DNA of 64,000 bases from NCBI GenBank assembly GCA_053919585.1, contig CM132787.1; one strand, written 5' to 3'. Origin of the DNA: Euprymna scolopes. Its lineage: Eukaryota. Positions 1 to 13,692 of this stretch are shown in pieces (within the stretch, counting starts at the first letter, position 1; each line of letters starts with the position of its first letter). The translations under genes and the position numbers were made by a program. A model generated the notes under the pieces. That model searched no databases. It was given only the letters and a program-made list of their open reading frames with translations, and was not told the origin of the DNA.

Positions 1-800
1 TTCACAAAACCTATATATTGGTAAATATAGATTGGTTCATTTATTCAATAAGGGAATACAAACAATTAGTAGAAAGGAGCCTTTATGTCAAGGCATTTCG
101 AAGTCTAATGTTTCTCATCAGAAGAGTAGAGAATATGCTAGGTAACATAGTGGGAATGCGGCGTCTAGCGTGGGATTCATTAGGAACGAAATAGATCGAT
201 TAAAATTACCATGGTGCCGGGGGGGGGTTATCGAATTTAAAATTAAGGAGGAGTGTATTATATAGACAGTTATGTAGAAAGGTGTATAGGGTATTTATCA
301 TAGTTTTAAATGTATGTAGTATACGTTTTAAGGCTTAAGGGGTGGCATAGTGTGGATGGGTGGTAATTCTATTTTATCGGCGTGTAAGATGTCTATTATC
401 TATGCAAGGACATTTAATTGATAGATGCAAACGAGACGACAACAGCACTATGAAGTGGTGTATAATTTTAAGAGCGGTATTATGGTGATAATTTAAGGCG
501 GAAAAGCGAATGAGTGTATTCTAAGCAGGGTTGGAATAAGGATATTACATGGGGCGTCCTGTACCAGGGTTTTAATTTAGTAAGGCGAGGGAGGGTTCAG
601 AAATGAGTTAAAAGGACAAGTTATGGAGTGGGTCTGGATGTGTAGTTGTGAGGCTATAATAATAAATTTAAGAATACCAATATATACTAGATAATATGTA
701 GACAAAATTCTAGGTGTCCTTGTGATAAGATATACAGGGAAGTGGGTTGGCGTATAAGGCAGAAGTATAAGGAAAGAGTAGCAAAGGTTGTGGAGGTGGA
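1..800 (-). mobile_element. Possible degraded Penelope-like element 3' region / pseudo-LTR
   Basis: Strongly G/A-skewed block. The minus strand carries a hammerhead-like core CTGATGA-GAA..TTC-GAAA (96-121), a motif typical of Penelope pseudo-LTRs. No readable ORF; boundaries uncertain. Confidence 0.3.
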
Positions 801-817
801 TAAAATGACAAAAGAAA

Positions 818-2981
818 ACTTATATCTAAAATTTGAAGTGTTTATACCCAAAATTGGCGGAGGAGTTTGGTAGAGTTCTCAAAAGTTCAAATCGTTGAAC
901 TTTGACCCCCTTAACAGCAAAATATTTGGCTGAAGACCGATCACGTTGATTTCCCCAAATCTCAGTACCCTGTATATCAAGTTTCGAGAATATAGGCTAA
1001 AAATTGACAGTTATTGCGTAGGGAAATGTACACAGACACGTTCAGGTCCTGGATATGACCTTAAACTATATCCGATGGTGAGGGCCCCAGCTTGCAGGCC
1101 TTAGGGAGTGTGGAGCCACCCTTTAATTGCCATTGCTCCCAGGTCCACTCTGACCCGGAGTGGTAGCACCTGTTAGGGTCCCAACTATGGGTTAAATAGA
1201 ATACCACTTAAAAAACAAATATACTAATATTCAAAATCACCAGATTCGGCAATAAATAACCTGAAAAGGGATGATATGCCGTAAAACAAAACAACCAACC
1301 AACCAACAGACACGTTCACTTTTATAGATATACTAGCATGGGTGCCCGGCGTTGCCCGGATGTTTCTAAGTGTATGCTGAGCAAAAAAAAGCGGTCATTT
1401 TTTTTAATTTGAACCCTATTATAACCCCTTAACATTTGGTGTTTTGGGCTCAAATCAAGTTATTAAGTTAGATCCATGTCCACGACATCTATATCGAAAA
1501 TATCAAGTGTTTAGACCCAAAATTGTCGAAGGAGTTTGGTAGAGTTCTCAAAGGTCAAATCGTTGAACTTTGACCCCTTAGCAGCCACATTTTTGGCCGA
1601 TAACCAACCACATCGATTTTCCCAAATCTAAGTGTCCTGTATATCAAATTTCGAGTTTGTACTTAAAATTGTCAGAGTTATTGCGTAATGAAATGTACAC
1701 AGACAGACAGACAGACACACAAACACCTTCACTTTTTAAGATATACTAGCATTTCACCCCGGCGTTTCCCGGTAGTTTAGAGGTGTATGCTTAGAAAAAT
1801 AAATAAACAAAAACAAAAATGGTCAATTTTTTTTTTAATTTGATCCCTATTATAACCCATTAAAATTTGTTGTTTTGCCCTTAAATCAAGTTATTAAGTT
1901 AGATCCATGTCCAAGGAACCTACTTCTAAAATTTCAAGTGTGTGGACCCAAAATTGTCGGAGGAGTTTGGTAGAGTTCTCAAATGTCAAATCGTTAAACT
2001 TTGACCCCTTAACAGCCAAATGTCTGACCGAAAACCGATCACATAGATATTCCCAAATCTCAGTACCCTGTATATTAAATTTCGAATCTGTAGACTGAAA
2101 ATTAAGAGTTATTGCGAAGGAAAATGTACACAGACAGACACACACACACAGACTCACAGACACATTCACTTTTATAGATATACTAGCATGGGTGTCTGGA
2201 GTTGCCCAGGTATTTGGAGGTGTATGTTTAGCAAAAAAAAAAAGCGGACAATATTTTTTAACTTTGACTCCTTAAAATGTATTGATTTGGGCTCAAATCA
2301 AGTTATAAAGTTAGATCTATTTCCAAGTAACATGTATCTAAAATTTCAAGTGTGTAGACCCAAATTATCGGAGGATTTTAGTAGAGTTCTCAAAGGTCAA
2401 ATCGTTGAACCTTGACCCCTTAATCGCCAAATTTCTGACCCAAAACCGATCACATCGATTTTCCCAAATTTCAGTCCCGTGTATATCAAACTTCGAGTCT
2501 GTAGACTAAAAATTGACAGAGTTATTGCGTAGGGATATGTACACCGATACACATACACAGACATACACTTTCACTTTTATAGATATATAGACTATCATTT
2601 CACCCCGGTGTTGCCCGGGTGTGTGGGGGTGAATATTGAGCATAAAAAAAGATCAATTTTTTAAAACTTTGATCCCTATTACGACCTCTTAAAATTTATG
2701 TCTTTCAGCTCTAATCAATAATAAATTAAGTAAGATTCATGTCCAAGTAACCTATATCTAAAATTTCAAATGTGTAGACCCAAAATTGTCGGAGGAGTTT
2801 GGTAGAGTTCTCAAAGGTCAAATCGTTGAACTTTGACCCCTTAACAAATTTCTGGCCGAAAATGAATTACTAATATTTCCCAAATCTCAGTACCTTCTAT
2901 ATGCATTTAGAGTCTGTAGACTAAACATTGACAGTGTTATTGCGTAGGAAAATGTACAGAGACACACAGACAGACACCTTC

Positions 2982-3057
<76 letters not shown>

Positions 3058-3678
3058 TAGCATTTCAACCCGACGTTGCCCGGGTATTTGGAGGTGACTA
3101 CTGAGCAAAAATAAAAGCGATCAATTTTTTTTTAATTCGACCCCTATTATGACCCTTTAACATTTATTGTTTTGGGCTCAAATCAAGTTATTAAGTTAGA
3201 GCCAGGTCCAAGGAACATGTATCTAAAATTTCAAGGGATTAGACTTAAAATTATCGGAGGAGTTTGGTAGAGTTTGCAAGCGACAAATCGTTGAACTTTG
3301 ACCCCTTAATCGCCAAATTTCGGGCCGAAACCGATCACATCGATGTTCCGAAATCTCAGTACTCTGTATATCAGATTTCGAGTCTGTAGACAAAAAATTG
3401 TCAGAGTTATTGCGTATGGAAATGTATACACACAGACAGACACTTTCACTTTTATAGATATACTAGAATGGGTGTCCGGCGTTTCCCGGGTGTTTGGAGA
3501 TGTATGCTGAGCAAACAAATAAACAAAAAAAAACGTCAATTTTTGTTTAACTTTGACCCCTTTTATGACCCCTTAAAATTTATAGTTTTGGGCTCAAATC
3601 GAGTTATTAAGTTAGATCCATGTCCAAGAAACCTTTATCTAAAATCTCAAGTATTTAGACCCAAAATTGTCGGAGGAG
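818..3678 (-). repeat. Tandem array of about 6 non-autonomous Helitron-like units (about 410-460 bp each)
   Basis: Junction motif ttttatagatataCTAG recurs at about 1333, 1746, 2183, 2592 (mutated), 3057 and 3463. On the minus strand each unit ends in a GC hairpin (CCGGGCAACGCCGGG) about 9 nt before CTAG, and the next starts with a TCTATAAAAGTG-like end plus a (TGTC)n microsatellite. This is the standard Helitron terminus layout. Confidence 0.85.
1045..1305 (+). mobile_element. 5'-truncated SINE / retroposed insertion with (AACC)n tail inside a Helitron-like unit
   Basis: Perfect 13-bp TSD ACAGACACGTTCA at 1032-1044 and 1306-1318; GC-richer body; tail acaaccaaccaacca. Confidence 0.85.
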
Positions 3679-4102
3679 TATATATATATATATATAATTA
3701 TTTTTCGATTTACACGGCGAAAGTAAATATATGTCAGGTCGATATATCATATAGTTCCTTGTCAACGTTTCAGGGCATTGCAAATAGTTTTATGTATATC
3801 TGTATATATCTGTCGCTCACATTACGTTTAGTATGTTTTGCTACTATCAAGGACTTACATGCTTTTTTCGGATTACATTGTATTCACGTTATAGGGTTTA
3901 GTTATATTCTAGAACTTAGTAGTATTACATGTCGATTATTTTAATGTTTATAATTTAATTTTCTGCAAGGTAATCGATTTTTTCTGATACCTAAAAATGT
4001 ATCTGTTTATTATATTATTGTTGTATGACCGAAATTAGTTCGTTCTCTTGAGTAAACTGTAATAATTTTGTTAAAATTGCCTAATCTTTCAATGGTTAAC
4101 AT

Positions 4103-5427
4103 TAGGCGCCGCCAAAAATAGCCGAAAAATCAAGTTGTTGTTTTTTTAAAACGAAATTACATTTATTAAAATTCATTATTTCTGAGTTACTTTTTTTCCA
4201 GAAAGATAAAACCCTGAATTTTATAATATAGAAAACAGAATAATTTAAAGCTTTTTCGACTATTTTTAATTAAATTTTAAATGTTAAATTTTCCCAAAAA
4301 GTTAACAATTGACATTTTTTGTCTTGCACAAAAAACGTACATAAATATTTAAAAAAAAGTTTTTGAAATAATTTATTTATTTATTTGTTGTCTTACTAAG
4401 ATTTAGGATGATTTTCTAAGAGAATATGCAAAACTATTATAATATAAATACCTGGATTTACAAATAATTCCACTTATTCATATAGGCAACCAGTTACTTC
4501 GGGTCGATCTAGAGTCTAGATCGACAATGTTTGCGTTAGCATTTGATAAAAAGCAAACTATGGAAGACCAAACAGGCCAAAAAAAGCTTATTTTCCGTGA
4601 CGAAAATGTCAATGTATTATTAACGCTGAGGCTGGCCAGTACCAGATGGGTGACCATTCGTATGAGTTTGGTTTTTAATGTGTATGTGTGTGGGGGCCAG
4701 GCTCCCAAAAATGGGGGGGGCAATTTAAATCAGAATAAAAAAAAATTATTTCAGCGCGTTTGGTCCACCGTAGTCGAAATGCGGCAAACATTTTCAAACG
4801 GGAACGAAAAAATGGTGCTATTTTTAACACAAAGGGCACAATATTTATCGATTTTTTTATTGTATCGATTCATCAAAGCATGCCCTGTTTAATTATGGTC
4901 ATGTATTATTCGGCTCGCTAAAAAAATGTTAATTTATTTATCAAATATTTTAAAATGGCTTTTTTTCGTATAAATATAAAAAAATCTTTTTGTTTGTTTT
5001 GCTTAACTTAAATTAATTATTTTACTTAACATATTCACCGAATTTCATACTTTAAAACTCAAAAGCGGGATAATTAAACACAATCGAAGTTCTGATAATC
5101 AGACGTCAAAATAAGGTATGCAAACAATTTTTTAATCTACATTTCTGTCCCTTACAACAACACAATATGTTGTGTTCAGTTTCAGATGATTATTTTACGC
5201 ATATTTGTATCCCCTCAAAACTAGGGGGGGATTTTGTAAGCATATATATATATATATATATATATCGTTTATTAAAAGTAAGTACACTGTTATAAAATTC
5301 ATTCTTCTCTTAATAATCGCTTAAAATTTCGTATTGATCGGATAATTAGCTGATTTTTAGTAGGTTTTTAAAAAGACGGTCCGTCAAAATGTACTTACCT
5401 GCCCCCCCCCAGTTTTGGCGGTGCCTA
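4103..5427. mobile_element. Non-autonomous hAT-type DNA transposon (1325 bp)
   Basis: TIRs TAGGCGCCGCCAAAA / TTTTGGCGGTGCCTA (14/15 match). Perfect 8-bp TSD GTTAACAT at 4095-4102 and 5428-5435. Internal CCAAAA..GGGGGGG repeats; no transposase ORF. Confidence 0.9.
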
Positions 5428-6560
5428 GTTAACATTCATTGAGAAACTACGGCCATAGTGAAAAGGAGCGTAATGTTAGAGGAATAATCTTTAATATAAA
5501 ATCAGTATTTTTGTTCAGAAAAATGTAAACAAAGCAAAGTTGAGTTACGTTGCCATGGTCGTATCATGGTTGATATCGAGTTTAGCAGGTAGTAAAGTTA
5601 ATGAATAAAAACGTTAAGCCATTATCACAACGAGGATAATGATCTGATTACAGAAATCATGTTATAATTATTTTTGTATTTCATAATTCGAGATAGCAAT
5701 CATGTTAATCAATTCGTGGAAATTAAATAAACACGGAGAATGATATAATATTAATTTCAAATTTGATTATACATGTAAAAAATAATTTCAACAGAGAAAT
5801 ATGAACATGAGGATCATCGCATGCAAAAATATGCAATAACTTGTAAACAAGGAAATATTAGAATTTACCTGGTGATCGTAAAATAATGTTATAGAACTTC
5901 GTTATGACAAATCCTATCTCCGATCATAATTGGACGTGAGTATTTGAATCCATGTCTCCAGGCACCACTTCAACCGTGTGTAAAACGTCAGTCTCATCAC
6001 TTAGTGTGTTTCCTATTTTCTGAGTCAATTTCTATGGATGGACGTTCGCGCTATAAGTGTTAATAGAAGTAATGTATTTTATAGTGGATTTCATATTGTA
6101 TTTGTAAAACAAATAGATGTTTAACGAACAACACAGTTAATAAAATAAAATTAATTTTAACGTCTTCTATTTACTTATGTATCTGAAGGGTATATTGCTT
6201 ACAGGCCTTAATACGTTTTTGGAAAAAAGCGCTAGAAAATAAAGATCACCCTCAATCATGTTAAAGAATAAAATTAAAACGGAGTTTTTGGGAGTCCATT
6301 TTGGATTTACAATTTTTATTATTTCAAGAGCCATATATTTTTCATATGAATATAAATTTTTGATATTAGAAACCTGTTATGAAAATAGTTTTGTTTAAAC
6401 TTCGCGGAATATTTTAATTTAATATCATTTAAATATTTTTAAAAATAATTATTTTTTGGAATTCTGTTTTGTTGTTGTTGTATTTTAAATGATTATATTA
6501 CAGAGAAAAAATATCAGGAAACAGTGTTTATGTTTTAACATAATAATATTGATTTTACGT

Positions 6561-6589
6561 CTAAGCTTTTTTACAACTTTCAGGTAAGT
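6561..6589 (+). promoter_or_regulatory. Candidate recursive splice site (polypyrimidine-CAG|GTAAGT)
   Basis: ctaagcttttttacaactttCAG|GTAAGT: an acceptor abutting a perfect donor on the collagen-gene strand, inside a long intron. Confidence 0.3.
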
Positions 6590-6608
6590 GAAATAAATAA
6601 CGGGATTT

Positions 6609-6651
<43 letters not shown>

Positions 6652-7329
6652 TATTTGATCTTTCCAGCTTAAAAATGTGTGAATTTTTATCGACCTACAT
6701 TTATTTTGTTTAGTTTCCGTTACATGAGATATGGGGGGGGGGTAGAACGCCTAAAAATATTTCCTCCAATATATTTTTTTAAAATAACCTACTTTTATTA
6801 TGTAAGTTTATTTAATAATGAATAAATATCGAATATTTTAGGAAAATTTTAAGATTATTTGATTTTTGCTGATTTTTAAAATATGAGTATGTCTACAGCT
6901 TCAAAAACGTCACTACATAGGAACGCTGTTTTAAAGCGTCCATAATGTAAACACGATTTTGTCTCGCATTTTCATTATTTTTGTATGCTGTAAATCTTTT
7001 TAAATTAGCAATTTATTTGAAGCTTTTTTTAAATGGTAAACAAGTTAGGATGATAATATAAAATTGAAAACGTTACATCGTGTTACATACAGCGGGGGTT
7101 AAAATTGTGGCGCATGTTGGAGGTACCTACATGTCTCTCATGCAATAATTTTACCAGTTTTTATTTCTGAAGCTTTGACGAAAAACAATCTTAGTTTTAA
7201 GTCTCTGTATGGCATTTTCCTAATCAGTACACACATTGCTATTAGAGGAGTTAAGAATTTCAATTGACAAAAACACGCTTGTAAAGGTAGTAATTAAATA
7301 GACTATTGAATAGTAATTAAAATCAGTAA

Positions 7330-10300
7330 TTTGTTGGCAATCCGACCAAATAAATACGGTTCTATGTCTAATTTCAACAATGAAGTATTACTACTACAAG
7401 TAGGGATCGTGCCTGGCCGGGGAAGGATATGAAGTAAGCAGTGAGCTATTTGTTTACATAACATTTCTACTTCTGACACTTATTGCTGTCAAAGGAAAAA
7501 GAAAAAAGAATGCATTCCTTCTTCCAGCTCTTGGAGGATAGAAACGATCAAAGTTGAAGATTTTTCAACATCTGGCGACCTCAATATTATACGGGTGCTA
7601 ACTATCTTCTATTCGGATTAATCGAAACTACGCAAGTGTAGGGGGATACGTGTGCTATGAGGTCAGAGAAAATTACGTGAAAGTACTTGAAGCAGAAATG
7701 AGATATTGCGGCAAGGAACTAGGAGCTTAAGCTTGGACAATAGTTTTGGACCTATTAAATTGATGACTGTTATTTTAGCCGTTTCTAAGAGTGGCAGATG
7801 CTCCAGTCCAGATGTGGCATAATGTATCAGTAAATATTGGCTCTGTTAAGATATGAAGTGGATGATTTCTCATGTGAGTATTATTCTAGCCACGTAGAGA
7901 GGGCACACCTTCTTGGAAGTAGCCTCGGTAACCTGCGCAATGAATTTGTTTCGTGTTGCTTGTGAGGGTTAGGCCGGGAACTCCGAACGATATGCTCTCG
8001 GGTAAGGTGTAATTTGACGTGGGCACCGGCTGTTGTGAAGGTTCTTTGTAATTATTGAAGGAAAAGACTTACTCTTACTAAAATTAAATGTCATCGTTCA
8101 GTTGTCATCCCATTCCATTAGTGACTGAAAATTGTTTTATATAGTCATTGCCATTAGCTTAGATGTGTCTAGATTAGAGGTAAATTTACGTTTAATACAA
8201 AGCTTCGTGTAATCAGCAAATATACCCAACTGATACACAATTTTATCAGAAACGTAATTTATGAATATCAGTAGTAAAAATAATCAAAGGATGCATTAAT
8301 ACCATACTATCATGTTGATTAGACGTACGTCCATTGAAAGCAACTTGGATTTCTTTTGTCTTGTAAAAATTCTATGTTGCGTATTCATAAAGCAATTCCA
8401 TAGAATTGACTTTTCATAAGAGGACCTTATTCGAGATCTTGTCAAGTTTTGGATATATCAAAAGCTACATCTCTAGTTTCGCATGTGTCATTCAGCGTAC
8501 CTTATATGCATTTAGAGATGACGGTTAAAATATCAGCAGTATAGAGGACTTGCATAAATCGATACTGTTCGCCACACAAATCTCAAGATTGTAGACTAGT
8601 GCTTGATTGATTACAGTCCAAAGATTTTAGAGAAAAAGGGCATGCGACTTACTACGCGATAATTCAACGGGTCAGTTCTTTAGCAAGTATCCTAGAATGC
8701 TGGCAAAACAAAGACAATTTTCGAGCTACAAAGGATACGAGACCCATACAGACATTTGCTGATAATTTTGGAATGCACAGCGGCAAGCCTAACAAAGCAT
8801 TTCTTCGTGTGGCAGAGACAAAACTAGGCCCACAGTCCTTGAGGGTGTTTAGATTATTTTATGGTGTTACTGGCACGTAAAAACGTGGTTTTCCGATCAA
8901 CATGTGTGGATTCTACCCGCAAACGGAACTTTGGGACAGAGCGGTTTAACAAGTCTAAGGTGGAGTTACAGGCACACCGTTTGTTAGTCATTAGTAATTG
9001 GTCGGGGAACTGATTACTGTACATTACTTATCGAACTATTATCAATATTCCAGTAAACATGAGTTCATATTTTCTGCAATTCGATATGTATCTTGGTTAC
9101 TTGAATATGCCGTCTCTTATCTGCGGCAATTTTACTCTTGCAGTCTATTTTATAGTTTGTCTAACTTTCCAGATTTGCACTTGTGATCAATGAATCATCG
9201 TAATGTATGCTGCCTTTAAAGAATGTTTTTTTCACAAGTTGGATAGAACCAATTAGAAGAGTTGGGATTGATATAATATGTCAATCCTGTTTTTCACCGT
9301 TCGGTTTTCGTATTGACAGACTGTTCAACGGGTAAAATATATGATTCCATAAGGCATCATGTTTTGAAGTATATCTTCGTTTGGGACATCACTTTTCAGT
9401 CGATTACTTAGATTGATATAAAAGAATATGGCCAGTCATGTAGAACTGCAGTAATGAATACGTCCATAAGTATGGTTTACCAATCTTTACAGTCTGGAAA
9501 ATTGGTCATAAATGTGATTATCTTATGGAATGCGATACAGAGAATATATGTGCTGTTACCAACTCCGTTTGTGTAACTCGATAAATTATTGTGATTTACA
9601 TGTAATTGCCAAAATACATACTTTGGGTCTCAGTATGTAAGGTTAATGATTCTTTTATACTGTCAGCGATATGTTTAATAAGGGCACAGTTTTGATTCAA
9701 GAGACAATGATACAAAATATAACTAACACAGTGAAGTAAGACTAGCCATAATCAAATGAATGTCTGGTCATCTGATTCTGGACTGCATTCTCTATTTAAG
9801 AGTAGTGGGATAGTGGACGTAGACTCCAATTGCGTGCATATATATGTCCGAGCCCTTAAGGCGAAGAAAAAGATATCCTGTTATTTTCTCCCAATTAGTT
9901 GGCTTCAGGAGTGTAAGTGGTTTTCACTTAATTCTAAGATATCCGGGAAGTTTATTAGACGAAAAGATTCAACATACTCTAAGTTACTTCTCAGCCGACG
10001 GATATTTGTGAATAAGAGCCTCAAGGATGAAGGCGAATTGTTTTTTATTGGTTGGTGTCGGGTTTGAATGCTGTTTTTTTTTTTTTTTTTTTTTTTTTTG
10101 TTTTTGCTTTGGATGCCATTTCCTTTGATTGTTTTATATGAGTGTAGAATGAGTTGATGTCAAATATGGACACAGTAGGAGAATATTAGCCGTATCTTAT
10201 CAAGATGATTGTGGCCTCGAGAAGGACAAACGGCAACAAATGCAGGGCTCCTTAACATTCTCAATATAGAATTACAACAATTCTGCAATAATGATAATAC

Positions 10301-10560
10301 AGCTGCACAAAGCGTTAGTATAAAATTAGAGCTCCTTTACTGTAAGTCGTAAACAGCAGTTAAAAAGACTGTGACAGCTTTATCCTCACCGTGTCAGACA
10401 AAATAGGCCCATACTGGGCGCATGGATATGCGCGGTAGTCAAACAAGTGTAAGATAATAGCTCTGCTTGCGATAAATGAGAATAATAAGCAATGTGAGGA
10501 AGAAATGTTTGTGGGATGGCATTTATTAAGAAACAAGGTCGCTCACTAGGTGTCTACTAA
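7330..10560 (-). mobile_element. Heavily degraded non-LTR retrotransposon (CR1/Jockey-group, APE-RT type)
   Basis: Minus-strand fragments: endonuclease start LFTNIRRLRSN..VESF..INFPDILELSEN (about 10020-9920), and RT C-terminal motifs CHIWTGAS, LIGPKLLSKL, FKYFH (about 7830-7640). Many stops and frameshifts. Confidence 0.65.
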
Positions 10561-11794
10561 GTACTTAAATGTACTTTTTATGCCAACATAAAAGCCTAGG
10601 CTAGATCTTAATCAGAAACTTAGTGAAAAGTTTCTTAAATGTCAGAGCAAGTTTATCAGATGGAAGTGAAAACTTTTAATTGATTTGTCAAAATAGGTAG
10701 AAATGATGTTTTGTTTTTCAATAGAATCTTAGTTATACTAATGCATTGTGCGATTGGGTTTTATAGAAAGAATGAACTTATTCAGATTTACAAGATTCTA
10801 AAATATTTTGATTTTTCAATGGCGAATATGACGAACTGTTTTGAAATAGACAAAAGATTTTTTCTATTTGAGACAGATCTTTCGTGCAAATGACAGCGTT
10901 GATAATTGAAACGGTTGATTGAAAAGGGATATACAATACATTCATCAATGCTTTAGATGAAGGCAGCAAAAGTGATGTAAATTATTAATGTTTTAATAAA
11001 TAAAATCAACGAGAATCTTAACTTAACACGTTTAGGTCGACTTCCGATTTCGACCAGTTATTTAAATTGTAAAAATGTTTCCATTAAAAAATTTAATTCT
11101 TTACGGAATACTACCAGCAACACACTGTTTCTTGTTGGATCCCTAAAGTAATACATAATATTCAGCCTATCCAGATTAAAATAGCTAACTGTTTAAGCAC
11201 CCAAGGCGCTGTGTATTAGAGAAAAGCGAAATCGACATGTAAGAAACCTTTTACAAGAACATTAGTATAACTTGCTTATGCATGCTTGTTGACACAATGG
11301 AACCCCCGTTCCCCGGGTTGCAGTTCTGTTTTCTAATTTGTGGCAAATTTTTAGAGTGATATTTTCTTTTAAATACATAGAGAAAAACCGGCAAAATGTG
11401 TTAATATAAAAGTATTAGAATTAAAATATAATATTTCACTATATTAACATTTACTCAGCCATTACAAGTGTCACAATATTAGTTGAATCGTGTTTTTTTT
11501 ATTATAGAAAATGTGAAACACAGTGTTTATACGAATGTGTACGTCTATGAAAAGAAGTTGGCAAATCTTGAACGGAGATTAACGTGATAATGGAAATAGT
11601 ATGATTTTTCAGCTTAACACACAGACATATGAAAGATAGATTATTGGATGAGCATTAGAACAGAATTTTAAAGATGGAGGCACAGACACGCCAGTGAATG
11701 TGAACAAATATTCGAACCTTAATTATTTGATGTGAAGAATATTTTGTTATTTTTGTAAATTCTAGATGCTACCTTTCTTTTCGGGCTTTTGTTT

Positions 11795-11837
<43 letters not shown>

Positions 11838-13575
11838 TCGGATATATCTTAAGAGATGTCTTGTTATAATTCCATATATGTAAAACTATTGTCTGTAAAT
11901 ACATCTAGCACTGCAAGTGAATACATTTTAAAGTATGCGACAGATAAGCGTAGTTTACACAATACGAGCGGTGAAATCGTTAAAGCCAACATATTATTCT
12001 CAGAATGCTGATTGGTCATAAAAATATTTGAGTAGTAATTCAGTATCTTTTTTTTAATTATAAATTCGGGTTGTATGCATATTTTCTAATGAATTTATGT
12101 AATGTTTACTCGGATAAATGTATATATAAAGAGCAGAATACTTGAGTCATTTTTAAGAACATTACAAATTATTCAAATTTATATGCATAACTTGCTAAAA
12201 TGGTATGCCTGTATAAGTCTCCAACCCGGGACAGACATAACAAGAATAGTAATTGTAAACCAGGATGTCCAATTATAGCATACCGAAATATTAAGAGCAA
12301 CATTCTCCGTATGTTCTTAAATTTAATCACTTTGTATTCGTTTCAGAACAACCTTTCTATAACGCATAAATATTGTATTCGACTCTAAATTTTAAAGAAA
12401 CAAACATTAAACAATGCATATTCGTAAAATAAAATTAATGCTAAGTATATGTTTACGTGTTTGTTTGTTTGTTTGTTTTTTTACATATTTTTGTAATCAT
12501 TTGTATTTTTACGAGTTTATCTGTAGGGAAATTTATAATCTTATTAGCATGTTAAAGCCGATGTGATAGGTTATGAATAATCATTTAAACGACCGTTTAC
12601 GTTGCCGTTTATCTTGGGGTGAAACAGTTAGCTAAATCGATAATATAACGGGTTTTCACCTTGCTCATTAATATACTGCAAACTCTCTGTTGTGTGATCA
12701 TCTATTTGCATATAAGAATCAGAATTTGACATTTTAAAGATAGATTAAATCAAGTTTACTAAACATTGATTTTATTCGGTTCTATTGATTAAATAACGAA
12801 TGTTAGATTATAAGTAGTTTATCTCCTAACTAAAACAGCTCATTTCGTTTAGCTCGTTTTAATTTCGCGTCCACATAAACTCGGATGATTCGTTTTAATA
12901 GATGCAAATCTAATGACTCCTTATATTTGTGTTCATGCTATATTTTGTTTGCATGCTACATTTAACAGCATATGTTAATACCGAGCATATCTTATACGCT
13001 GATCAAAACAAAATTTAATTCGATAAATTTTAGAGTTAATCAGTCACATTCCTTAAAATAAATACGTTGTGGAAATTGTTTCATTTCGAAATATAAGAAT
13101 TTATAAGTATTTGTACAAATTACTATTTTATTGCTAGTGTTATTTTATTAAGAAATTAGACTAAACCGAATCAAATATAATCTAACATTCTACCCAGTAA
13201 GTCTTTTCTCTCTCATTATAACTTAAACAATACCTTAACAAAAATTAATCCACCAGAATTAATGGACCTTCCGAAAAGTTCCTGGACTTTTAGTTTAATA
13301 TATAATCACTGCATTGCCTTGTTGAATATATTTTATATCGAGTTTCCAATGGTAATTTTGTAAAGTTCATATCAGTTTACTCACTATTTCAACCTTTGTT
13401 TCGAAGGCAATGTTTGATTGACTAATCGAAAGAAACAGATATAGCAAACAAATCGTATATGCTTAAATAACGTGACAATCTCCTATTAGATTATCGTTTT
13501 AATTTTTTGCTTCTGTTAAAAAAAAAACGAAATTATGTATAAATGCAAGTGTAAGTGTGATTATTGTTCTTGCAG

Positions 13576-13692
13576 GAACGAAAGGAGAAAAAGGAGACAA
13601 AGGAAACACTGGACCAAAAGGAAATCAAGGTGAGAATGGGCGACACGGTGTTCGAGGACCTGCTGGCCCACCTGGACTATTAGGAAATAAAG
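13576..13692 (+). CDS. Collagen triple-helix exon (internal, 117 bp, phase 1-1)
   Basis: ttgttcttgcAG|...|GTAAGA. Translates as 13 uninterrupted triplets (G)TK GEK GDK GNT GPK GNQ GEN GRH GVR GPA GPP GLL GNK, with a split Gly codon at both ends. Confidence 0.93.

Noticed and set aside
1894-3944. Short ORFs across the tandem array
   Set aside because: Frames are not conserved between repeat units; chance ORFs.
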